A DNA stretch of 61,786 bases, counting the filler, from Sphacelaria rigidula (lineage: Eukaryota), in NCBI GenBank assembly GCA_964200075.2. It is 10 parts of 10 records of this genome, joined end to end, with 100 filler letters (N's around TTAATTAATTAA, not from the genome) between each part and the next. Parts side by side here need not be neighbours in the genome. Positions count along the whole stretch, not along the records: positions 49,511 to 55,598 come from CAXNAA020022316.1; positions 55,699 to 61,786 come from CAXNAA020022317.1; 8 more parts are not named here. One strand, given 5' to 3'. The position numbers and the translations under genes are program-made. Below the pieces are notes generated by a model. It was not told the origin of the DNA. It did not search any database and worked only from the letters and a program-made list of their open reading frames with translations. Positions 52,090 to 61,786 of the stretch are shown in pieces. Each line of letters opens with the position of its first letter. The first letter of the stretch is position 1.

Positions 52090-52322
52090 CAGAGTATGTC
52101 GTCTTCCCCAAAAGAAGATGAGTCGCTGGTGCCCAACACACGCTACGGCAGCGTAATGAGTACGCCGAACATAAATCAGCTTGGTCTCGATGTAGCTCAC
52201 GACGTACTGCAGCAGGCCAAGTTTAACCGCAGCTCGTCTGTGGGACCGGGCATGACCGCCAGCACTCTCAATCCTCGGCAACGCAACCGCCGCGCGTTGT
52301 ACGTCAATCTGCCTTTCTTCAG
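52090..52322 (+). CDS. Probable N-terminal coding exon of an unknown protein
   Basis: TTGCAG acceptor, ATG at 52096, MSSSPKEDESLVPNTRYGS...ALYVNLPFF, CAG|GTAAC donor followed by an AT-richer stretch. Confidence 0.6.
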
Positions 52323-54435
52323 GTAACGGTCAAGCAAATGTATTTCATGAATTGTATTGACAGTATCATTCGTTGAGGGTTTTTGTCGTTGTCGGTGTAG
52401 AGTGCACGGAATGAAGAGTATCGATTTTATTTTCTCAAATATAAGCTATATTTACTCTTGGAACCTGTAGAATATATGTGTCTTATATTTACGACAAATT
52501 GTCGTCCAATCTTTCATGTTTTCCAAGTCTGACGACTCATACATGCAGGCTAGCAGCCCCCCTATGCAGAGCCAGTCCGTCACACAAGACACATTTTGTA
52601 TTTGCGTTTTAGTCGAGCCGACATGCTGTAGCAGCTGCTTTCAAGTCCTGCCTGTCTCCTCATGGTTGTTGGAGGGAGGGGCTGGGAAGTGGATTGGGAA
52701 GAAGGCAGGGCTACGTGTGCACGCGCGCGCATGCGTGTTCATGATACATGTTACGGATGGCTCGCTCCGATGACGGGCTCGACTACTAGCGGCAGTACGT
52801 TCGAACTGAATTGTACCGTCAGCCGAGAACAGTCGAACATTCTTGCCCTGCCTCATGGTTCGGCTTCGCTCGTAACCTTTCTAAGCCTCTCACTAAGACA
52901 GACAACACAGCACAGAATACCAGCAGATTATATGTTTCAGTGGAGCAATCTCGATGGTGAATCATTCATGTGCGATGTTGTCTCTGGCGTGGTGGTCTCC
53001 AGCATGTCTAATGATACAAGGATATGCCGGTGTTTTCCACCGCGAACTCGCGTTGTTTCGGAGGGCCTGCTTGCTGCACTGGTTGGGTAATGGTGAGCGC
53101 TCTCAATTGTTTTTCCGCATCACGTACTACGGCCGGCCAGTCGTGCCGTGTGCGCGGTGACTAATGGCCGATCACAACAATGCCGAAAGTGCTGGGGATT
53201 TCCAAACTGGTACCGCGGGACTGCCAGCTATTTGAGCTACACAGGCTGAGTCGGAGGGATACATTGAAAGAGGCGCTTCGCCAAGAACCAGGGGTAAAAG
53301 TTCACCTGATAGTTTCTTGTCTGGATTACTGTGCACAGGGCAAGCAAGGAACAAAACTATCAGTACAGTGACAGTGGAGCTCTCACGAATTTTGTCTGTA
53401 CCGACTCGTCTCTCGTCTCATGTCTGCACAAGTCTCTGAAATCAAGAGCGACCCACCCGCCCCACCAACCTGCGCCCGTGGGGCTTATCCTGTATCTGTC
53501 CGTTGTCCTGAATAACTATCTCGCTGATTCAGTATTGATGAGCATCCCACGGTGCGACGGGAAGTTTCCTTCCCGCCTCGCGCAGCACACATCACAACAG
53601 CATGGCACAAGATTACAATCATCACTGTGCTGCTGTGACGATTGCTTCGCAGGCATTACGTGGACCTAAACAGGGAGTTATGGTGTAGCACGCTTCGTTG
53701 AGGAACATTTTGTCAAAATGCCGGAAAGTCGGTCGATCGCCTTTTCCTTGACAAGCCGGTTTTGCTGCACCAGATGCCAGATGGGCCACATCAACCATGA
53801 CATGTTCCGAGACCGACGCGTCATCAGTTCCTCTGAAAAGTATAGGCAGAGATAGTGTCCACGTGCAAAAATCAAGGCCACGCACTCGTACGTGGGCTGG
53901 TCTCTTTAACACTCGCAGATCGACTCCCTTGCACCAGAGTGGTCAGTCAACACAGCAGAGCTTTGCAAGACAAGTATTGCATTGCATTGTATGTTGGCGG
54001 GCATCTCATCGTTGGTGTGGCCTTACTTTTGTTCTCTCCTGTTGTGATTAGATAATCGCGAAACCGTTACATAGTAAAAGTTGACACGTTTTCATACTGC
54101 GCATACACCTGCGAGAGCCCATGAATGGTTCGCGAGGAACCCACCCTGTACTAATATCCTGTGCATAGCCTTTCCATTCTTATCTACTCTACACCGACAG
54201 TACAACAATGGTGCCTCGACGCTGCTGATGTACTGTCGCCGTACTGTGTTGTCTTGTCACGACAAGCGTTGTAGGGTCGCGAGGCTCTGTGGACGTAGAC
54301 TTGGCAAGTGCAACACGCTTGTGCTCTACTACAGACTCCACGAATACTCCCTCGGGGTGAGAGGTCGCTTTGGGGCCGGTGAACCCTCCGCTCTCAACAA
54401 CAGACATGGCATATCGTACGGTGCACGTGCATCCA

Positions 54436-54627
54436 GGCCGTGTCTTATCAAATTGTTTCCGACTCGAAAACGTATGGTGGAATCGAATTCGCTCGTATTG
54501 GATACGTCCACACGGCATTCATGTTCTCATCCACCTGAGAAAATAAATAGCGTGGACGAATCAGAAACGAGCGAATTCGATTCGACCGCACGTTTTAGAC
54601 ACAAAAACAAGTTGATAAGACACGGTC
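54436..54627. mobile_element. Palindromic Harbinger/Tourist-like MITE
   Basis: GGCCGTGTCTTATCAA...TTGATAAGACACGGTC; GAATCGAATTCGCTCGT/ACGAGCGAATTCGATTC. Confidence 0.7.
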
Positions 54628-55598
54628 TCGAGACACATGATACGAGTAAAAATATACTAAAAATGTCAGTGTTGGTGATAGCGGACTGTCTGTACTGTAC
54701 TCACTGACTGTTTCTCGTTTTGACCGCTCGTCCATCTGCTTTTTTCAGCTTTTATTCCAGTGTGCGTGTCGACGTTATTATGCAGTGTTGTTCCTTTTCA
54801 ACGTTATGGAGGCATTGTACTGAAATTATAATTCATCATCCGCGGCGTCAATCGAAGGCGGTCATACTCTAAGGCCTAAAACATGCTGAGACTAAAGAGG
54901 GCAGACGTCCTTGGAAGAGAGGTCTCCACACCGGCACAGATATCTGGCGCTACAGACCAGCTTTCGCGCGTTTGACAGCCGGATGGGAAAGGATGCCTAT
55001 CACTACGAATGCAGAAAGCGTTCATTGCACGATATGTGTCCGCGCAATTGTAAGTTGACACTGTGTGTTCCCAGTGCCAGTACAACGAGTACTGTAGAAC
55101 TGACTGTACGATGCGAGCCACGCCTCGACAGGGCTAGAATCCCCGCGATCCATTCGTGAAAAAAATCAAATTGCACTCGCCCTCTGTTCTATTATGGAAC
55201 CAAGTGAAAAACTCTGCACAAGGGTGATCACGCGCCTGCCAGAGAAATGTAAATATCTTCACGTGGGAGCACACCACGGAAGAATATCTCATTGATTCTG
55301 ATGAAAGAAAACTACAGCAACTGCTCCTGTCATTTTCAGACCGTCGTGGTAACGCCCAAGCCAGGTCTGGCACTGTGAGGGAGGAGATGTTGCCCCCTGC
55401 CCGAGCAGGTCCGTAGTAGTCCTTGACAGAAGACACTCATTTCCTTGGCTGCGTTATGGGGCCGCGTCTTGCTCGGCACGGCGTATAGAACTCAGGGGCA
55501 TCTGCCCCTAACATATGGAGAACCTAAACTAGCGTTTTTTTCCGGCCTTGGTGCCAGCCTCGACCAACAGGGGGGCAATGTAAACAACAAGGATGGCA

Positions 55599-55698
55599 NN
55601 NNNNNNNNNNNNNNNNNNNNNNNNNNNNNNNNNNNNNNNNNNTTAATTAATTAANNNNNNNNNNNNNNNNNNNNNNNNNNNNNNNNNNNNNNNNNNNN
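55599..55698. other. Artificial contig spacer
   Basis: 44N-TTAATTAATTAA-44N. Confidence 0.99.
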
Positions 55699-55719
55699 CT
55701 GGTCCAGCGAAAACCCGGC

Positions 55720-55791
55720 GTGCTCCGTCCCGGCATTGTAGGGATGCGTGGTCAATGGTCTTATGACTATGGCATGCATGATCATGAGTAC
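55720..55791 (+). repeat. Divergent copy of the 65-bp mini-element
   Basis: Stems retained, loops replaced (GGCATTGTA for GAAA, TTAT for AAAC). Confidence 0.7.
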
Positions 55792-56914
55792 ACATGATTT
55801 GGAGAATCTATCTCAGCGTGAGAAAATCTGCGTAGCCGTTTTTTCCTTCTTGTCCCTCGAACCATCGGAGGGGCCCATAGCGGTTTCATGAGACGTTCAG
55901 TCGAATGAATGCTTAGACTGATCGATTGATTGCTGGATATTCACCGATCCTTGGGGGATTCCAGCTGTGATTTCCCCAGGGGAATAGTACTCAAACATTC
56001 GCCACAAAGTGAAACTCGAGACAGGGAAAATATGGAAGAACGAACAGGGGATACTGAACAAGAACGAGTGACGAAAAAAAACAGGGAAATATAAATAAAG
56101 GGGAAGGGGGGAAGAAAACGACAAACTGACCGGAATCAAACTCATGACAAAAGTTGAACACGAAACAAAAAATGGTCGGCCCCTACAGCATGACTTCGGG
56201 CAAGGAAGCCGTGCGAACCCCCTTGGACTAGACTAGGCCATACTTTTTTTCTAGCCATGCTATTTGGGCAGCAACTCTTATCCACGAATTCTGTGGGGGC
56301 AAGACACAAGCGCACCACTACAGTATACAAACCTACAAAAAAAATAGAAATGAAAGGTGTTGGACCCTTGTATGAACTCCGAATAGATAATACATGAGCA
56401 CAACAGAAGGTCTTACCTTACCTTTTCCAATGTCAGGAATATTTTTGAATAAGTTTTCCACCGCGGAAAAAATATATCGAAAAGCTGATGAATCTTTGCA
56501 TAACAAATGGTCGTTTTGAAAAATAAAATAAAATAGGGAAATGCGATGGTATATCCATCTCCCTCGGCACAACACCGGAACAAGTGCACCTCAAGGACCA
56601 CTGAAGGTATGTGCAGAACAGCTGCTGTGATTGCACAGCATTACACGCGCGGTATGTCACCATTGGAGGTGATTCTCGAAGGGGGAGAGGAGCTGCTCAG
56701 CTGTAACATCGAGGGTGACCGCGTTGAAGGTCAACCCGGCAGTATTGTTCCGAAAGGCAAGACCGCACCCGAGGGGCTATATTTATACTGGTGGCCAGCA
56801 CTGCGGCCGTCGACATGAGTAATTTTTTTGAAAACGTTTCTGTGCTCTTTCTCGGTGAAGTATGTCCGTCTTCACCGTTTGTTTTCCTCCCACCCCCTTT
56901 TTTCGGCCTCTAAG

Positions 56915-56981
56915 GATGTCATCGATTCCGCGAGGGCCAAGACAAGGGAAGCGGTGGAACGACTGACACAGGCCACCTGCG
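56915..56981 (+). CDS. Exon, probably the same gene as 61081-61618
   Basis: Polypyrimidine-AG and GTGAGC donor; DVIDSARAKTREAVERLTQATC (frame ambiguous). Confidence 0.55.
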
Positions 56982-58436
56982 GTGAGCAGACAAGTGGGGG
57001 AGACTCGACCGGGAACAGCAGGTGCACTGCGATGTAGTATCTCAGATATACGTACGGCACAACAGAACATAATCGCCTTTCACACTCACTTCAAACTCAA
57101 TAGTAGTGTATGTGATGTATACCACAATGTGCAGAGCATTATGCTCCGTGTGCACACGCACACACACACACACACACACACACCTACTGCCGTTCATTTG
57201 ATCTGTACCGGACAGAGTATGCAACTTATACGGCGCCTTTTCTTGTGCACACGACCGAATCCCCCGGGGTTAAGTTGATGTGCGACAATCGATCAAGTAA
57301 CCAATCGATCAGCCAACTCATCACTAAGGACCGGGGTACCAGATATAACGCCGATTTTCTCCCGACTATTTACTTTGGGTACGTCTATTTTGTGTCCAAG
57401 ACTGAATTCATGGCGGATCACTTGATGTCAGTGTTCGCGTGCGATACTCGAAACAATCAGTCAACAGCTCGATTAATGGCTGATTGTGTTGCTCTGTCGT
57501 GCATACGCATCATCTGTTTATTCCAACCTTTTGGAACCAATGCCATTAGCGATACCAGTCTTCCGGAGCATGTTGGTCCTATTTTCCATTTTCGGAACAG
57601 CATCCCACTATCTAACTTTCAACACCGGTAAACTGGCTTCTATAGCTGAGTTTTCACAAGCATCACCCCCGATGACGAATGCAAATTTGTATTTCGTGGT
57701 ACTTATCCAACGACTCGACGAACTGGTTTTGACCAATGCTGCTGTTTGCCGCATTTTTCCGGAGGTCCACGGAGCGTCCACACAAGGGGGGTGTGGTGCC
57801 CAACGTGTGGAATAAACCCTCTCGTTCTTCTGTGTTATTTGTTTATAATTTTCAAGTTTCCCTTTGTTGTCATTTTCCCACTCGCTGAGTTTGGTTCAAC
57901 GGAGTGAGTGGTTCTCTAAACTTTGTTTTCAGCATGGGTATGTAGCGTCCGTCGATCACTGTGCTGGGCTCGTGGCATGTCAATTGGTGAGACACAGTTG
58001 ATTAAATCGAACAAACAGCACTAACCTTCTTGGTGGGAGGCTGCGGTGTTCTGGCGGTGTGATTCACTGTTTAAAGTAGTGCATACAACGTGCGTGCGAT
58101 CTGTGTCCAGGGGGCGAGGCTCTGTAGTCCGGTTCTTGATCCCCGAAGGTTTTCGTTCGTATTGCTGACTGCTACAGCCTTTTTGAAGGTCGTGACGAGC
58201 GCTCCCGCGTTCGCTTCATGGTGATATAAACTTACGGTTGCGTGTGATGTTTTCAAGTGGAAGGAAAGCCCTATTGGTTGATTCGCGACTCTAAGGTCTT
58301 TCATATGTTTTGCTCAGCTACCTGTGCCTCGTGCAAGCGTGAGAAGCTTGCCTTTGTTTTACTTCGCTGTTCCCAAGAACATTTATATTTCTATCTGCTG
58401 CTGCGCTTTTACATTATATATATATATATATATATA

Positions 58437-58474
58437 CAAGCCGCACGGGACCCGGGGCTGCGCCCCGGTCCCGT
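58437..58474 (-). mobile_element. Helitron-like 3' terminus beside a (TA)n tract
   Basis: GC-rich hairpin 58445-58474, then GCGG-CTTG|TATATA on the minus strand. Confidence 0.45.
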
Positions 58475-60729
58475 CCTTTTTTTTTCGAGGCTGTCGGTAT
58501 TCTTGCCTTGCCAAGCCCTCGCGAAAATAAATCCTCTCTCGAAGTGTTCATGTCCGCCGGAAACATTGCAGGACCACCGCGATCGCGTGTTAGTTCGAAC
58601 GGTGGCGAACGCATGTGTATTCCCGCACAAAGTGAAGCACGAATCCGCTATCCGGACCCCTAGCATTGGCATTGGCCCGAACAGTCATCTCCCGGGGCGG
58701 GTGCGGAGGAACTTGCACACTAAAATCAGCAATAAATCTCGTGGACGCCTCGTTACACAGTATGCTTCACGCTCGTGAGTTCGAAATATTCTATACATAC
58801 TATTTCTATCTGCAGTAGTTGACACCGAGTTTCAAGAATATATGTAGCCGTCCAAAGAGCGGCAAATGAGTAATAAATGGCACAACACCCTCAATTCCAC
58901 CTGAGTCCAGATTGGGGAGGGGGAGGGGAGTCCATTTACACTGATAATTTGGGATGCGATCGTCAATAGACCACTGACGGGGGAGGGGGGCGCTACTTCG
59001 AATTCATGTAAATTAGGATGCCAGACGTGGTCAGAGCCCTGAAGCTGAGGTTGGCACATGTGTTGAGAGTACGTCACGGGACTCGAAGCAAGGATGTACA
59101 CTGTTATCGAGAGACCGGTTCATGTCGATCGCGAGTCAGGAACATCGACCTGATGTGGTAGATGTCAAAACGAGTGAGGCGACTGAGTTCCGGAGTACAC
59201 GTGTCTCTGACAAGAACCCATGTTCGGGCTGGCACCTGTCTTTGAATTCGTTTCATATCATGTGTAAGTACATCTTCAATAGGGGTCTACGGATTGATCA
59301 CGTAAGCTAACGAAAGAGGAGTCTCTTCGGTTTCTCCTGCTTAAGGCTGCTATCGTAGCTCATTTCCCGAGGGTGCTCCAGAGTGAGGCATGTTGCCTCT
59401 CCCCTTACATAGGGTAAGGCTTTGGCCGTGAGCCTGGTGGTGAGCAGTTTCACGCGCTCATGCCTTGAGCATGGCGGCGCTTTTCATCTCGAGCACTTGT
59501 ATCATTCCCTACCGGTATCCCAGGAAAGGGATGACTCCGTCTATGATTGATTGATCGATTGATTGTCGCACTTTGACTGACCCCCCGGGGTCCACCCGTG
59601 GTCTCATGATAGACGTACCCAAGAAAAACGAAATTCAAACACGCTCTAAGGAAAAAAAGAAGAAGGAACAGAAAAAGGAAATAAAGAGAGTGGTCGACCA
59701 GAACGACATATCAGACCAAGTCGTGACAAAAAATAAAAATAAAAAGTCAACACAAGCAAAGCACAGAAAGAAATGGCCAACCTAAAGCAAGAAAAAGGAA
59801 AACAAGAGGAGAGTACCAAGCAAATAAAATAAAATGAAATAAAAAACAATGAAACGATGGGGGGAAAAAAAAAAGGGGCCTGAGGGATTCATGGCAACAG
59901 AGTAGTCTATATACAGGTGTAAGTGCTTACAGGCTCTTCGCGCATGTTACCCGAGGAACACTTTCAGTTTTCAGGGTCCCGCACGTCTATTCCTGGTTTT
60001 CATGTGTATGCAAGTGTAATCTTCGTGCATGCATAGTGATGTCCTCTACAGTAGATGACCCGCCTCCTTGTGCGCCAGGAGTCTCTCTATCCGTGGGGTT
60101 GAGGCTATATTTCGGGGCATCAGGTCCTCTCGGATTGTTTCGCCTCGAACATGCGGTGGTCGGCCCTGCCTCGAAAGCAGCAGTTTGTCGACCTTCCCGT
60201 GCGGCGCTAACCGAGCCCCTGCCGTCCGGCGTTGCTTGAACGGCTTCAGCACAAAAACGGGAGCTTTCCCTTAGATATTGTACTTCCAGCGAATACGAAT
60301 CAGTGGTATCATGGTTATCGAATATCAATTCTGCGTTGACACAAGCTAGACCTGGCAGTCGACTGACGAGTATGTCGAAGGCATCGTCTTTATCTTTTCA
60401 GGTCCCGGGAACGCGAGTTCGTATTCCCCCGCCTCACATCCGCAGCTCCACTAGCTTAGCTTCCGTACGCCACTCTCTGTGACATTCCGTTAAGAGGACA
60501 ATAAACGCGCCTAGAGCTGTCCCTCTACACATTACATGCTTGTTTTAACGACCTTTGTCTACTGCTGAAGTGGGTTTTCTAGTTTATTATTATTATTATT
60601 GTTTCCGCACATTAGTCTAGTAACGGAGGTTTATTATTCCAACACTCGACCGGTACTCTCGCATGGTCGTCAGGATTTTCTCCCTTGCAAGTCCTTGTAA
60701 CTTCATGTTTGCTCTTAGCCCCCCCCCCT

Positions 60730-60794
60730 TGCTCCGTCTCGAAAGGGATGCGTGGTCAATGGTCAAATGACTAAGGCAAGCAACAAATGAGTAC
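60730..60794 (+). repeat. 65-bp structured mini-element after poly-C
   Basis: Near-identical to 20657-20720. Confidence 0.85.
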
Positions 60795-61080
60795 GCCCGC
60801 TTTTTTGAATATGACCTTGGGTCACATCGTGTGTTCATGTATCTCTTCTTCACTCCCTCTGGGGCTTTGGTCTCTACTACGCATATACGATATACATTCG
60901 GGAGCCTTTTCTCAAAACGATGATCGGAATTCTGTATTTGGGTTCGTTGCTTCTGCATGAACATGATGTACCCCTCGACCAACCGAACCGAAGTGGTGAT
61001 TATTGCTGTGTTGAAGGTCCTTATTCAACCACTCGCCCCCCTCCCCCCCCTTCCCTCCCTCCGTCGAATCTTCTGACCAG

Positions 61081-61195
61081 CTGTTCATCGTTCAGGGCGG
61101 CGATGGTTGCTGCAGACAAGGCTTGCCTAGAGGTCAGACGCGCCGAGAGTGTTCTGACCAAGGCCGTCTCTCTGCAGAGGGCACTCGCAGGGCAG
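61081..61195 (+). CDS. Exon of a helical protein, possibly Rab3GAP catalytic subunit C-terminal region
   Basis: AAMVAADKACLEVRRAESVLTKAVSLQRALAGQ, CAG|GTACGT donor; alternative acceptor near 61096; family call is recalled resemblance only. Confidence 0.65.
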
Positions 61196-61466
61196 GTACG
61201 TACAAGCCTAAAGTATGACTCTAAAGTGCGTGGTACATGCCCGGTAATACTGGAGTCGGATGTTGTGTAGTAGGATAGTGCACTTGATTTCCACCGTAGA
61301 ATATGACACAAACACGATCTACATATTTCCTAACCCACTTTTGTGCCCCGTTCCTGTCGTGCTGTTATTCTTTTCGATATTTCACGTGACATTTTTTTCT
61401 TTTTTTTCCTGATATTTTTTTACATCTTTATTTCATGTCGCTTGCTTGCAATCTGCTTCTCGTTAG

Positions 61467-61618
61467 GACGAGCTGGTGAACATGATGATCGCTAGCGAGG
61501 CAGAGGGCGATCAAGAGACCTACATCGAGAGCAACGCCCACAAGGCATTCTTCCGCGATTTGTTGCGCGACCAGCTTCGAACCAAAACGCCCACATCAGT
61601 AGACGAGCTTCTCGCAAG
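61467..61618 (+). CDS. Next exon of the same gene
   Basis: TTAG acceptor in phase 0: DELVNMMIASEAEGDQETYIESNAHKAFFRDLLRDQLRTKTPTSVDELLA; AAG|GT donor; missed by the ORF track. Confidence 0.75.
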
Positions 61619-61743
61619 GTACAGTGAGCCCACTTTTTTGTCTGACGCATTGGTCAGTGATCGACTATACCTTTTTGGGCCGAGTGATGATCGACTACAC
61701 CTTTCTAGCGATGTGCAGTCTTCTGTTCGGCCGATGTACCTAT

Positions 61744-61786
61744 GTGTGTGTGTGTTGTCGTCCCATTTATTCTGGGCACCAGTCTA
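61744..61786 (-). mobile_element. SINE-like (CA)n tail at contig end
   Basis: Matches 13133-13175 and 25083-25106. Confidence 0.5.

Noticed and set aside
58445..58485. Rho-independent terminator (hairpin plus T run)
   Set aside because: Eukaryotic non-coding context with no upstream bacterial-type gene

Overview
Eukaryotic nuclear DNA, not one locus. The window is ten unrelated contigs of 6089 bp (x6) and 6088 bp (x4), sorted by length and joined by artificial 100-bp spacers (44N-TTAATTAATTAA-44N). Long GT-AG introns, short GC-rich exons, PTPA-repeat coding and a dense MITE/SINE landscape suggest a brown alga or related stramenopile (inference). Supported gene fragments: exon 1 of a kinesin (kinesin-7/CENP-E-like), five 3' exons of a coiled-coil protein, two oligopeptidase B exons, three exons of a possible Rab3GAP catalytic subunit, one probable first exon of an unknown protein and a PTPA-repeat C-terminus. 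Most other sequence is non-autonomous transposons (Sola-like, piggyBac-like, Tc1/mariner-like, Harbinger-like, foldbacks, SINE pieces); nearly all supplied ORFs are spurious. Top leads: (1) an intact-looking tRNA gene with a Glu-type body and an amber-suppressor CUA anticodon inside an intron; (2) a ~65-bp dispersed element with conserved stems and variable loops that often sits beside poly-C tracts.
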